DNA of 32,297 nt from a virus (taxonomy: Duplodnaviria; Heunggongvirae; Uroviricota; Caudoviricetes): the IMG/VR virus record IMGVR_UViG_2896589216_000003; one strand, given 5' to 3'. Within the stretch, counting starts at the first letter, position 1, and each line of letters opens with the position of its first letter. The notes beneath the pieces are model-generated. The model was not told the origin of the DNA and made no database searches. It worked only from the letters and a program-made list of their open reading frames with translations. The position numbers and the translations under genes are program-made. Shown piece after piece: positions 10,610-19,477 of this stretch.

Positions 10610-11474
10610 AATGAATAAATTAAAAAGACCTGTTTTTAAAGATTATTCTGCATTTAAAAAACTATCTGCAAATAAGAGATTAAAACATCATTCTGTTCTG
10701 AATGGACAGGATACATTTATACTTAATGCATATAGATCGTACATAAAGAATAAAGGGTATCTTAATGTCAATTCTTGTGGCGTATTGAGTAACAATATTG
10801 CTGAAGCTTTGAGATATTATTATAACAATCCCGCAAAGTGTTTATCTATAATTGATGATATAAGAGCAGCTAATTCTAACTCTCTATGTCCAATGTGTGG
10901 TTCAATGCATAGCGGGACTTTGGATCATGTTTTACCCAAGGAAAACTATCCAGAATTTTCTTTATTCACTAAGAATTTGGTTCCTGCTTGCAAATGTAAT
11001 ACTTTCAAAAGTACTACTATAGCTAATTCTGCAGGCCATCGGATGCTGCATCCATATTTTGATAATATATTAAAACAAAGATTAATATGTGCTAATTTTT
11101 CTAAATTAGGGCGAACACCTACAATTGATGTAAAAATCATAATTGACCCAATGTCACCAGAATATAACAATGTTAAGTATCATCTTGATAATGTTGTTAT
11201 CAAGAATAATATTAAGGGGTATTTGTCTGAACAATGGGAGTCGTTTTACTTATATCCTGAGCTTGTTATTAGAGGACTGAATAAGAGTCTTTCTACTTAT
11301 AGCGATGTATATGAGTTGTTGACTCGCGAGTTGTTGCTGTTGGATGAAAAACATAAAGGTAAAAATAATTGGAATTCGGTTTTTGTAGCTGGGTTAATTC
11401 GACCTGATGTGATTAGGTGGATACTCTGTGAATTACATTTAGGTAACAGAAGTCCAGACGGTCGTCTCATATGA
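10593..11474 (+). CDS. HNH / His-Me-finger nuclease-like protein, partner of the ATPase
   Basis: CPMC-x8-DH-x20-CKCN ... H-x3-H (aa 99-153); overlaps the upstream gene by 17 nt (alternative in-frame ATG at 10611); same AT-rich composition. Confidence 0.7.
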   Translation: MKWAIEMNKLKRPVFKDYSAFKKLSANKRLKHHSVLNGQDTFILNAYRSYIKNKGYLNVNSCGVLSNNIAEALRYYYNNPAKCLSIIDDIRAANSNSLCPMCGSMHSGTLDHVLPKENYPEFSLFTKNLVPACKCNTFKSTTIANSAGHRMLHPYFDNILKQRLICANFSKLGRTPTIDVKIIIDPMSPEYNNVKYHLDNVVIKNNIKGYLSEQWESFYLYPELVIRGLNKSLSTYSDVYELLTRELLLLDEKHKGKNNWNSVFVAGLIRPDVIRWILCELHLGNRSPDGRLI

Positions 11475-11484
11475 TTTTTTGCAT

Positions 11485-11510
11485 CTTCAGCGTGTATCTG
11501 CACGCTGAAG
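11485..11510. repeat. perfect 10-bp inverted repeat (CTTCAGCGTG-tatctg-CACGCTGAAG) in the AT-rich spacer between the HNH gene and portal end; cos-proximal region
   Basis: Seen directly; T6 run upstream, A-rich downstream; not a canonical terminator in either direction. Confidence 0.4.
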
Positions 11511-11581
11511 AAATTCATAAAAACTGCTGCCTATTAATAAATTTTTTTAGCTGAGTTAAAGAACCTCATTTAGTGATTACG

Positions 11582-12615
11582 TTAAGTAGCTAGTTTATAA
11601 CTATCAAATTTAACAATGTTCTCACTTACCAATTTATTTATTTCCATCATTCTTTTTTGTAACGGTATTAACTCGTTACGTACAAACACCAGGCTCGCCT
11701 TCTCCACATCCCCAAACCCCCGACATTATTAGGCATAATCCCCATCATTTGCGGTGGCACACGATGCGCCGCCATCATGTCATCCCGGCTCACGTTCTTG
11801 ATGTTCAGAAACTCATCCTTCGCCGCGACTTCTGACAACGGGATGATCTGAAGCCCGTCCTTTTTGCCGTTAGGCGAGTACATAAACAGATTGCGGAAGT
11901 TACCTGGTCCTTTGGCGCTTTTCATCGCATTGCGGAGGTTGTTCACATCCTCCTGGTTTTGCGCGGCATCGGTCATGTACATGATGAAGCCTGCATGACT
12001 GCCGTTAATGTAATACTATCGGCGGAACAGCGTGGCGGACTCGTTGAGCAGGGCTGACGGAATGGCAGAAAGGTAACCTGGCAGGCCGTAGATCTCTTGG
12101 TTGATGTCCGGTTCCATCAGATGAAAGATGCTTCCTTTCGTGAACTGATACGGCTGCGTGGTCATGCCGTATTGCACAAACCAGTAGGTATCCAGGTCTA
12201 ATCCGCGTCGGGTGTATTTTGCCAGAGCAGGCTCAAGAGCGATGACCTCTCCGAACCGGTTTGTGCGTTTCTCCAGGTAAGCGTTACCAAATACCAGATA
12301 ATCCTGCACAAAACGTGAAAAAGCCTGCTGGCTGAGCAGCGGGTGAGGGATGTAGGTACTGATCAGAATGTTGCATTTCACCGCAATTGGTGAACTGTGA
12401 TGCACGGCGGCGCGGAAGGTGCGCGCCAGTCCGTCAAAACTCACTGGCGGCTCATACCAGCGATCTGTCTGTACGCATTCCACATAGTCCAGTAGTTCAC
12501 GGCGGTCCAGAACCGGAACGGGATCGCCGAAGCTGAATGCTTCGGCTGAAGTCTGGTTTTTATGCTGGGTCTGTTTCGTCGCCGCAGCGCGGTTCTTCTT
12601 ACTCTTTCCCATCAA
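11582..12615 (-). pseudogene. Q: portal protein (P2 gpQ-like) with in-frame TAG (12016-12018) and a 1-bp frameshift near 11714-11716
   Basis: N-part ...LNESATLFRR then TAG, continuing in the same frame (LYINGSHAGFIMY...); C-terminal ...PNNVGGLGMWRRR* shifts frame, the other frame gives GDVEKASLVFVRNELIPLQ... to stop at 11582. Confidence 0.8.
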
Positions 12616-14378
12616 AAAATCTCCACAATATTGCTGGTATTGGCGGACTCGCCCTGCAGCGGTTCGTTAAACAGTGCGTGCATTGTTGCCCAGGCCAGAT
12701 CGGCATGGCTGGCTTCTTCGCTGCGGCTGGCTTCATAGGTCGGGCGGTTGCCGCTGGCGGTGGTGGCGCGACGGATTGCCATGAATGACTGCGCAATGTC
12801 GGTGTGCCCGGCGTCAAACTCAAGACGGCGGTGGCTGATAATGTCGTAGGCCTTGAGTACCAGGGCGTTTTTAACGTTGGGGTTGTAGACAAACTCCCGG
12901 ACGGCAGGAAAAAACGCTTTCACGTTCTCGTAAACCCCGTGACCAACGCCGGTTGAGTCGATGCCGATATAGGTCACGTTGTACTGTTCAGTCAGTTTTT
13001 TGATGGCGTAAGCCTGGGCGCGAAAGTCCATTCCGCGCCACTGGTGACGCTCAAGAATGCGGAACTTACCGCCTGGCACGGCTGGCGGTGCCACCACCAC
13101 GCATCCGGCGCTGTCGCCGTTCTGCGTACCTTTTGCCGGGTCATAACCGATCCACACTTCGCGCCAGCCAAACGGGCGCAGGGCCAGTGCATGAAAGTCG
13201 GTCCAGACTTCCCAGCTGTCCACCATGCACGCCTGCAATTCGCTGAGCGGGAACACGGACGCGAGATCGTCCACGAACTCGCACATCAGCAGGTTCTGGT
13301 ATTCGTCAGGGCTGTACTCCATGCGCAACTGGTCAAGGTCGAACAGGTTACAGGCGCCGCGCACCGCATCTTCCACGGTGACTATCTGGCGGTATTGCCC
13401 GTCTGCGCACAGCAGGCCGGGGGCCAGATTGCTGTGGGACAGGTCGATGTCCACCTTGTCAGCTTTGTTGCGCCCACGGTTGAACAGCGCACCGGACCAG
13501 AACGGATAAGCACTGTGGGTCAGACTGGATGGTGTGGAAAAATAGGTCTGCCGCCATTTCTTGTGAATAGCCATACCAGAAGCCACTTTGCGTAGCTCCT
13601 GAAATTTCGGTATCCAGAAATATTCATCCAGATACAGGTTACCGTGATAACTCTGGGCAGTGCGGGCATTGGTGCCGAGGAAATACAGTGTGGCCCCGTT
13701 GGGAAGCACCATCGGATCGCCTTTCAGCTCCACCTCCACTTCTTTGGCAAAGTCGATGATGTACTGTTTGAAGACGTGGGCCTGTGCCTTACTGGCAGAA
13801 AGGAAAATCTGGTTACGTCCGGTAAGCAGGGCGTCAATCAGGGCTTCACGGGCAAAATAGAAGGTCGCGCCGATCTGGCGTGACTTCAGCAGGTTGCGGA
13901 TGCGGTTGGTTTTTCCGGCTTCCCACCAGTGGCGCTGGTAGTTGAACATGGAGGAATGGAAATTTTTTTCCAGCTTCTCAATCTGGTCATCGGTGAAAAC
14001 ATTCTTTTCAGGCTGACGGCGTGGGCCTTTGTTGCGGTTGGCGACGTTAGGGTTTAAGTCGGCTTCGTTGCCGCCATTGTTAAACTTGCCGATCCGCGCG
14101 TGGCGCTCAGACTGGCGCGCCAGCAGGTCAATATCTTTGAAATCTTTCCCTTCTTTGTGCTCCTTCATGATGAGCTGGCAGTAGCGTGCGGCGGTGGTGA
14201 GCTGCATCTGATCCAGAGGCCCATAGTCACCCCACTTGTCGCGTTTTTTCCAGCTGTAAACGGTTGCAACTTTCTCGCCCAGCATTTCAGCAATGCGGGC
14301 TACGCGGTATCCCTGAAAGTACAGCAGCATGGCCTGCCGACGGGGATCGAGATCTGCGGGTGTCAGTGTGGTGTTCAT
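12612..14378 (-). CDS. P: terminase large (ATPase) subunit, P2 gpP-like
   Basis: 588 aa, apparently intact; divergent from the O-N-M operon as in P2. Confidence 0.85.
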   Translation of the reverse strand: MNTTLTPADLDPRRQAMLLYFQGYRVARIAEMLGEKVATVYSWKKRDKWGDYGPLDQMQLTTAARYCQLIMKEHKEGKDFKDIDLLARQSERHARIGKFNNGGNEADLNPNVANRNKGPRRQPEKNVFTDDQIEKLEKNFHSSMFNYQRHWWEAGKTNRIRNLLKSRQIGATFYFAREALIDALLTGRNQIFLSASKAQAHVFKQYIIDFAKEVEVELKGDPMVLPNGATLYFLGTNARTAQSYHGNLYLDEYFWIPKFQELRKVASGMAIHKKWRQTYFSTPSSLTHSAYPFWSGALFNRGRNKADKVDIDLSHSNLAPGLLCADGQYRQIVTVEDAVRGACNLFDLDQLRMEYSPDEYQNLLMCEFVDDLASVFPLSELQACMVDSWEVWTDFHALALRPFGWREVWIGYDPAKGTQNGDSAGCVVVAPPAVPGGKFRILERHQWRGMDFRAQAYAIKKLTEQYNVTYIGIDSTGVGHGVYENVKAFFPAVREFVYNPNVKNALVLKAYDIISHRRLEFDAGHTDIAQSFMAIRRATTASGNRPTYEASRSEEASHADLAWATMHALFNEPLQGESANTSNIVEIF

Positions 14379-14424
14379 GGCACAAACCTACAGCCTTGAA
14401 TGAAGGCTTTCCCCGCCTGCGGTT

Positions 14425-14442
14425 TGTGTGGTTGTCGGTACA
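14425..14442. promoter_or_regulatory. Ogr-type late-promoter activator site TGT-N12-ACA in the P/O divergent control region
   Basis: TGTGTGGTTGTCGGTACA; centre about 87 bp upstream of the O start codon. Confidence 0.45.
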
Positions 14443-14520
14443 AATACCGCGCATTGTTTCACTGCCCCTATCACCGCAACCATAAGGCTCCAGTAAGTTT
14501 TTTCTAACGGAGCACGGCTC

Positions 14521-15354
14521 ATGACAGTGAAAGCAAAGCGTTTTCGCATCGGGGTGGAAGGTGCCACCACCGACGGACGCGAAATCCAGCGTGAATGGCT
14601 GGAACAGATGGCAGCCAGCTATAACCCGGCGGTGTATACCGCGCTGATTAACCTTGAGCACATCAAGTCTTATCTGCCGGACAGCACCTTTAACCGCTAC
14701 GGCAAGGTGACGGCGCTGTTTGCTGAAGAAATCACGGAAGGTCCGCTGGCAGGCAAGATGGCGCTGTATGCTGACGTTGAGCCAACGGAGTCCCTGGTGG
14801 AACTGGTGAAAAAAGGCCAGAAATTATTCACCTCTATGGAAGTCAGCCCGAAGTTCGCTGATACGGGCAAAGCCTACCTGGTCGGCCTGGCTGCCACTGA
14901 TGACCCTGCCAGTCTGGGCACTGAAATGCTGACATTCAGCGCCAGTGCAGCCCATAACCCGCTGGCAAACCGCAAGCAGAATCCCGCCAATCTCTTTACC
15001 GCCGCAGAGGAAACGGTGATCGAACTGGAAGAAGTCCAGGACGACAAACCGTCCCTGTTTGCCCGCGTCACGGCGCTGTTTACCAAAAAAGAGCAGTCCG
15101 ATGACGCCCGGTTCTCTGATGTGCATAAGGCCGTGGAGCTGGTCGCCACTGAGCAGCAGAACCTGAGCGCACGCACCGAAAAATCCCTGTCTGAGCAGGA
15201 AGAACGCCTGTCTGAGCTGGAGACTGCCCTGCAGGCACAGCAAACCGCCTTTAACGAACTGGTGGACAAGCTGAGTCATGAAGACAGCCGCCAGGACTAC
15301 CGCCAGCGTGCAACAGGCGGTAACGCCCCCGCTGACACTCTGACCAATTGCTGA
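14521..15354 (+). CDS. O: capsid scaffolding protein, P2 gpO-like
   Basis: 277 aa; first gene of the late head operon. Confidence 0.85.
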   Translation: MTVKAKRFRIGVEGATTDGREIQREWLEQMAASYNPAVYTALINLEHIKSYLPDSTFNRYGKVTALFAEEITEGPLAGKMALYADVEPTESLVELVKKGQKLFTSMEVSPKFADTGKAYLVGLAATDDPASLGTEMLTFSASAAHNPLANRKQNPANLFTAAEETVIELEEVQDDKPSLFARVTALFTKKEQSDDARFSDVHKAVELVATEQQNLSARTEKSLSEQEERLSELETALQAQQTAFNELVDKLSHEDSRQDYRQRATGGNAPADTLTNC

Positions 15355-15370
15355 TGGAGCACAAAACCTG

Positions 15371-16429
15371 ATGAAGAAGAATACCCGCTTTGCTTTTAAC
15401 GCTTACCTGCAGCAACTGGCGCGTCTGAACGGTGTGGCAGTTGAAGAACTGTCCAGCAAGTTCACCGTAGAGCCGTCCGTGCAGCAGACGCTGGAAGACC
15501 AGATCCAGCAGTCCGCCGCTTTCCTGACTCTGATTAACGTCACGCCAGTGACTGAGCAGTCCGGTCAGCTGCTGGGGTTGGGAGTTGGCAGCACCATTGC
15601 CGGAACCACTGATACCACTGCGAAAGAGCGTGAACCTGTCGATCCGACGCTGATGGTCGATGTGGAATATAAATGCGAGCAGACCAACTTTGACACGGTG
15701 CTGACCTACGCGAAGCTGGACCTGTGGGCGAAGTTTCAGGATTTTCAGGTGCGTATCCGTGACGCCATCGTGAAACGTCAGGCACTGGACCGCATCATGA
15801 TCGGCTTTAATGGCGTGAAGCGTGCGAAAACCTCCAACCGTAGCGAAAACCCGCTGCTGCAGGATGTGAATAAAGGCTGGCTGCAGAAAATCCGTGAGGA
15901 TGCACCGGATCACGTCATGGGCAGCACCACCACGGGCGGTGAAACCACACCGGGCGCAGTGAAAGTCGGGAAAGGTGGCGAATATGCCAACCTGGACGCC
16001 GTGGTGATGGATGCCGTCAATGAGCTTATCGACGTGGTCTACCAGGACGATGACGATCTGGTGGTGATTTGCGGTCGTGAACTGCTGTCTGACAAGTATT
16101 TCCCGCTGGTCAACAAAGAGCAGGAAAACAGTGAAAAACTGGCTGCCGATATGATCATCAGTCAGAAACGCATGGGTGGCCTGCAGGCCGTGCGTGCGCC
16201 GTTCTTCCCGCCGAATGCGCTGCTGATCACCCGTCTGGATAACCTGTCCATCTACTGGCAGGAAGACACCCGCCGCCGTTCAGTTATCGACAACCCGAAA
16301 CGTGACCGGATTGAAAACTTTGAATCCGTTAACGAAGCCTATGTGGTTGAGGACTACCGCTGCGCCGCACTGGTGGAAAACATCCAGATTAGTGATTTCA
16401 GCGCCGCCGCAGCCGAAACCGGAGCGTAA
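15371..16429 (+). CDS. N: major capsid protein, P2 gpN-like
   Basis: 352 aa; ...RFAFNAYLQQLARLNG...FTVEPSVQQTL... P2 N-type N-terminus. Confidence 0.9.
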   Translation: MKKNTRFAFNAYLQQLARLNGVAVEELSSKFTVEPSVQQTLEDQIQQSAAFLTLINVTPVTEQSGQLLGLGVGSTIAGTTDTTAKEREPVDPTLMVDVEYKCEQTNFDTVLTYAKLDLWAKFQDFQVRIRDAIVKRQALDRIMIGFNGVKRAKTSNRSENPLLQDVNKGWLQKIREDAPDHVMGSTTTGGETTPGAVKVGKGGEYANLDAVVMDAVNELIDVVYQDDDDLVVICGRELLSDKYFPLVNKEQENSEKLAADMIISQKRMGGLQAVRAPFFPPNALLITRLDNLSIYWQEDTRRRSVIDNPKRDRIENFESVNEAYVVEDYRCAALVENIQISDFSAAAAETGA

Positions 16430-16432
16430 TCC

Positions 16433-17083
16433 ATGAGCCTGAGTCCCGCACGGCAGCATCGCCTGCGCGTTCAGGCTGAACAGGCCGCCCGTGAGGGTGG
16501 CAGTGTTCGCCACGCATCGGGCTATGACCTGATGCTGCTGCAACTGGCGGAAGACCGCCGCCGTCTCAAGGGCGTTCAGTCCACGGTCAAAAAAGCGGAA
16601 ATCAAAGTGGAGCTGCTGCCGAAGTACGCCGCCTGGGCGGAGGGTGTCCTGGCTGCCGGAGGCGCTCAACAGGATGACGTGCTGATGTACGTGATGTTGT
16701 GGCGCATTGATGCCGGAGATTATGCCGGGGCGCTGGAGATCTGGCGTCATGCCCTGCGTCATGGATGGGTGATGCCGCTGGGCAACCGCAACGTGCAGAC
16801 CGTGCTGACAGAGGAAATGGCAGATGCAGCGCAGAGCGCAATGCTTGCCGCCACCGGCTTTGATGCCGATCTGTTGCTGCAGACGCTGGAGCTGACAGAC
16901 GGTCTGGATATGCCGGACCAGTCACGGGCACGTCTGCATAAAGCGATTGGCGCGGTCCTGAGTGAAAGCAATCCGGCTTCCGCCCTTAATCATCTCAACC
17001 ATGCGTTACAGCTCGATCCCCGCTGTGGCGTGAAAAAAGACAAACAGCAGCTGGAGCGCAGACTGCGCAATGACAGCCGCTGA
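16433..17083 (+). CDS. M: terminase small/endonuclease subunit, P2 gpM-like
   Basis: 216 aa; follows N as in P2. Confidence 0.75.
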   Translation: MSLSPARQHRLRVQAEQAAREGGSVRHASGYDLMLLQLAEDRRRLKGVQSTVKKAEIKVELLPKYAAWAEGVLAAGGAQQDDVLMYVMLWRIDAGDYAGALEIWRHALRHGWVMPLGNRNVQTVLTEEMADAAQSAMLAATGFDADLLLQTLELTDGLDMPDQSRARLHKAIGAVLSESNPASALNHLNHALQLDPRCGVKKDKQQLERRLRNDSR

Positions 17084-17178
17084 CAGAACGTGCCCCCGCG
17101 CACGGGCGGCACGGGGTGGCGAAAGGCACAGCCACATCAAAACCCCGTCCATCGCCCTTTATTTCAGGAGAAAGCAGC

Positions 17179-17625
17179 ATGAAGTTTGTTGCGCCAGAAC
17201 AGGCACCGGAACAGGCGGAAATCATTAGAAATACGCCGTTCTGGCCTGATGTGGACCTGTCGGAGTTTCGCAGTGTCATGCGCACTGACGGCACGGTGAC
17301 GCAGCCGCGTTTAAAGTAGGTTGCACTGTCGGCAATTTCGGAGGTTAACGCAGAGCTGTATGAATTTCGCAGACGCCAGCAGATGCTGGGGTATGCGTCG
17401 GAACAGCTGGACGGGAAAAGTGAGCGCATTCAGCACTATTTCAACGCGGTTTACTGCTGGGCTCGCGCCATGCTCAACGAACGTTTCCAGGACTATGACG
17501 CCACGGCATCCGGTGCGAAGCGGGGCGAAGAACTGGCGGAAGCAAGCGGTGATTTGTGGCGTGACGCCCGCTGGGCCATCAGCCGGGTGCAGGACGCGCC
17601 GCACTGCACAGTGGAGCTTATCTGA
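17179..17625 (+). pseudogene. L: head completion/stabilisation protein (P2 gpL-like) with in-frame TAG at 17317-17319
   Basis: ATG 17179 with AGGAG RBS; ...VTQPRLK then TAG then VALSAISEVNAELYEF... in the same frame, ending ...RDARWAISRVQDAPHCTVELI. Confidence 0.75.
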
Positions 17626-17828
17626 TGAAAGTGCGTGCGCATCAGTATGACACGGTGGACGCGCTTTGCTGGCGTCATTACGGGCGCACGCAGGGTGTCA
17701 CGGAGCAGGTACTGAAGGCAAATCCGGGGCTTGCCGAATACGGCCCCTTTGTACCTCACGGGCTGCAGGTGGAGCTGCCGGACATTCCGACCACCACCAC
17801 CGTGCAGACCGTCCAGCTATGGGACTGA
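17625..17828 (+). CDS. X: tail protein X, P2 gpX-like
   Basis: 67 aa; ...YGRTQGVTEQVLKANPGL... gpX-like. Confidence 0.8.
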   Translation: MKVRAHQYDTVDALCWRHYGRTQGVTEQVLKANPGLAEYGPFVPHGLQVELPDIPTTTTVQTVQLWD

Positions 17829-17831
17829 ATT

Positions 17832-18047
17832 ATGACGCTTGAGCGAATCAGCGCCTTTATCACGTATTGCATCGCCGTCGTGCTGGCCTGGCTGGGCGAT
17901 TTGTCCATCAAGGATGCCTCAACGCTGGGCGGCCTGATGATTGGTGTGCTGATGCTGGCTATCAACTGGTACTACAAACACAAAGCCTACCAGCTTCTGC
18001 GCGACGGGCAGATCTCGCGGGAGGACTATGAATCCATCAATCGTTAA
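17832..18047 (+). CDS. putative holin
   Basis: 71 aa, two hydrophobic segments and charged C-terminus; immediately upstream of the endolysin. Confidence 0.6.
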   Translation: MTLERISAFITYCIAVVLAWLGDLSIKDASTLGGLMIGVLMLAINWYYKHKAYQLLRDGQISREDYESINR

Positions 18048-18540
18048 ACGCTGCCTTGTCGGGGCCGTGCTGGCTATTGCTGCCACGCTGCCGGGTTTTC
18101 AGCAGCTTCACACCTCCGTGGAGGGACTGAAACTGATTGCCGATTACGAAGGTTGTCGTCTGCAGCCGTATCAGTGCAGCGCGGGTGTCTGGACCGACGG
18201 TATTGGTAATACGTCGGGCGTCATTCCCGGCAAAACCATTACGGAGCGACAGGCAGCAGAAGGGCTGATCTCCAACGTGCTGCGTGTGGAGCGGGCGCTT
18301 GAAAGGTGTGTGAAGCAACAGCCGCCGCAGAAGGTGTATGACGCTGCGGTGTCGTTTGCCTTCAACGTGGGTACGGGCAATGCCTGCAGTTCCACGCTGG
18401 TGAAATTGCTCAATCAGCGGCGCTGGGCGGATGCGTGCCGACAGTTGCCGCGCTGGGTTTATGTGAAAGGTGTTTTTAATCAGGGGCTGGATAACCGCCG
18501 TGCGCGGGAGATGGCCTGGTGTTTACAGGGAGCAAACTGA
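18028..18540 (+). CDS. K: endolysin (phage lysozyme, P2 gpK-like) with N-terminal signal-anchor (SAR-type)
   Basis: 170 aa; N-terminal LVGAVLAIAATLPGF; lysozyme-like core. Confidence 0.8.
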   Translation: MNPSIVKRCLVGAVLAIAATLPGFQQLHTSVEGLKLIADYEGCRLQPYQCSAGVWTDGIGNTSGVIPGKTITERQAAEGLISNVLRVERALERCVKQQPPQKVYDAAVSFAFNVGTGNACSSTLVKLLNQRRWADACRQLPRWVYVKGVFNQGLDNRRAREMAWCLQGAN

Positions 18541-18541
18541 A

Positions 18542-18919
18542 ATGAAAAAGAAATTAATCAGCGGGCTGTTTCTGATGTTATGGATGGCGCTGTTAATCGC
18601 AGCAATAGTGTATCCGCAGGGGATTTTTCCGGTACTGGCAGCGTCCGGCGTTTGGGTAGCCTGTTTACTGACATGGGCGGTAATTCCGGTAGCACTGGCT
18701 TCGTTAATTAAGAATGGCCCGCTCTGGCAGGAGTTGAGGGCATCTTTACTGAAGACAATTACCCGAAAAGAAAACGTATTTATCAGCTGGGTGATACGAT
18801 TGCTGATTGTCGTCAGTCTCGCCTGGACGGGGTGGGCCATTACCCTGGTCTTTTATCTGCTGACCGTTATTGCCTTCTGGATCACCCGTAATCAGATGGC
18901 GCAACAGGTAGCCGCATGA
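18542..18919 (+). CDS. lysA: LysA-like membrane protein (lysis timing)
   Basis: ATG 18542 (MKKKLISGLFLML...); four predicted transmembrane segments. Confidence 0.6.
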   Translation: MKKKLISGLFLMLWMALLIAAIVYPQGIFPVLAASGVWVACLLTWAVIPVALASLIKNGPLWQELRASLLKTITRKENVFISWVIRLLIVVSLAWTGWAITLVFYLLTVIAFWITRNQMAQQVAA

Positions 18920-19344
18920 ACCGGTTGCTGCTGGTTGTGCTGGCGTTATTATTGGCGGCGCTGGGCTGGCAGACGTGGCGGCTGGCTGATGCCAGCCAGA
19001 CCATCAGCACGCAGGCAGACGAGCTGCAGAGCAAAAGCCAGGCACTGGCAAAGAGCAACAGCCAGCTTATCAGCCTGTCCATTCTGACTGAAACCAATAA
19101 CCGGGAGCAGGCGCGGCTCTATGCCGAAGCAGAACAGACCAGTGTACTGCTGAGACAACGACAACGCCGGATTGAGGAACTGAAACGTGAGAACGAGGAT
19201 TTACGTCGCTGGGCTGATACTCCTTTGCCTGCTGACATTATCCGGCTGCGGGAACGTCCGGCACTCACCGGAGGTGCAGCTTACCGTCAGTGGTTGTCCG
19301 CGAGTGACGCCGTGTCGGCTGGAGCAGGCAGCGCCGCGCACTAA
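18916..19344 (+). CDS. lysB: LysB, Rz-like inner-membrane spanin
   Basis: 142 aa; N-terminal TM then coiled-coil-like region. Confidence 0.7.
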   Translation: MNRLLLVVLALLLAALGWQTWRLADASQTISTQADELQSKSQALAKSNSQLISLSILTETNNREQARLYAEAEQTSVLLRQRQRRIEELKRENEDLRRWADTPLPADIIRLRERPALTGGAAYRQWLSASDAVSAGAGSAAH

Positions 19345-19477
19345 CGGTGATCTGAATGCGTTGCTGGATGAAACGGAGGCCGCCTGGGCGGTCTGTGCAG
19401 ACAAAGTGGACATGATTATTGCGTGTCAGGAGCGAAATAGTGAACAAACCACAATCCCTGCGCCACGCCCTCAATAA
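19187..19477 (+). CDS. lysC: LysC, Rz1-like outer-membrane lipoprotein spanin, embedded in the +1 frame of lysB
   Basis: Lipobox LLTLSGC; overlaps the lysB 3' half. Confidence 0.65.
   Translation: MRTRIYVAGLILLCLLTLSGCGNVRHSPEVQLTVSGCPRVTPCRLEQAAPRTNGDLNALLDETEAAWAVCADKVDMIIACQERNSEQTTIPAPRPQ

Noticed and set aside
12992-14399. Antisense and overlapping ORFs inside the terminase gene (e.g. 12992..13192, 13044..13595, 13225..13509, 13644..13883, 14100..14399)
   Set aside because: They lie wholly within a well-supported 588-aa terminase ORF on the other strand, in GC-rich DNA where long spurious frames are expected; no RBS or motif support.
14824-17083. Antisense ORFs inside the O, N and M genes (14824..15279, 14874..15269, 15251..15913, 16280..16762, 16602..16931 and others)
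   Set aside because: Same reasoning: shadow ORFs in GC-rich structural genes.
17116-17178. N-terminal extension of the L gene from 17116
   Set aside because: The ATG at 17179 has a properly spaced AGGAG RBS; the extension would start inside the M-L intergenic region without one.
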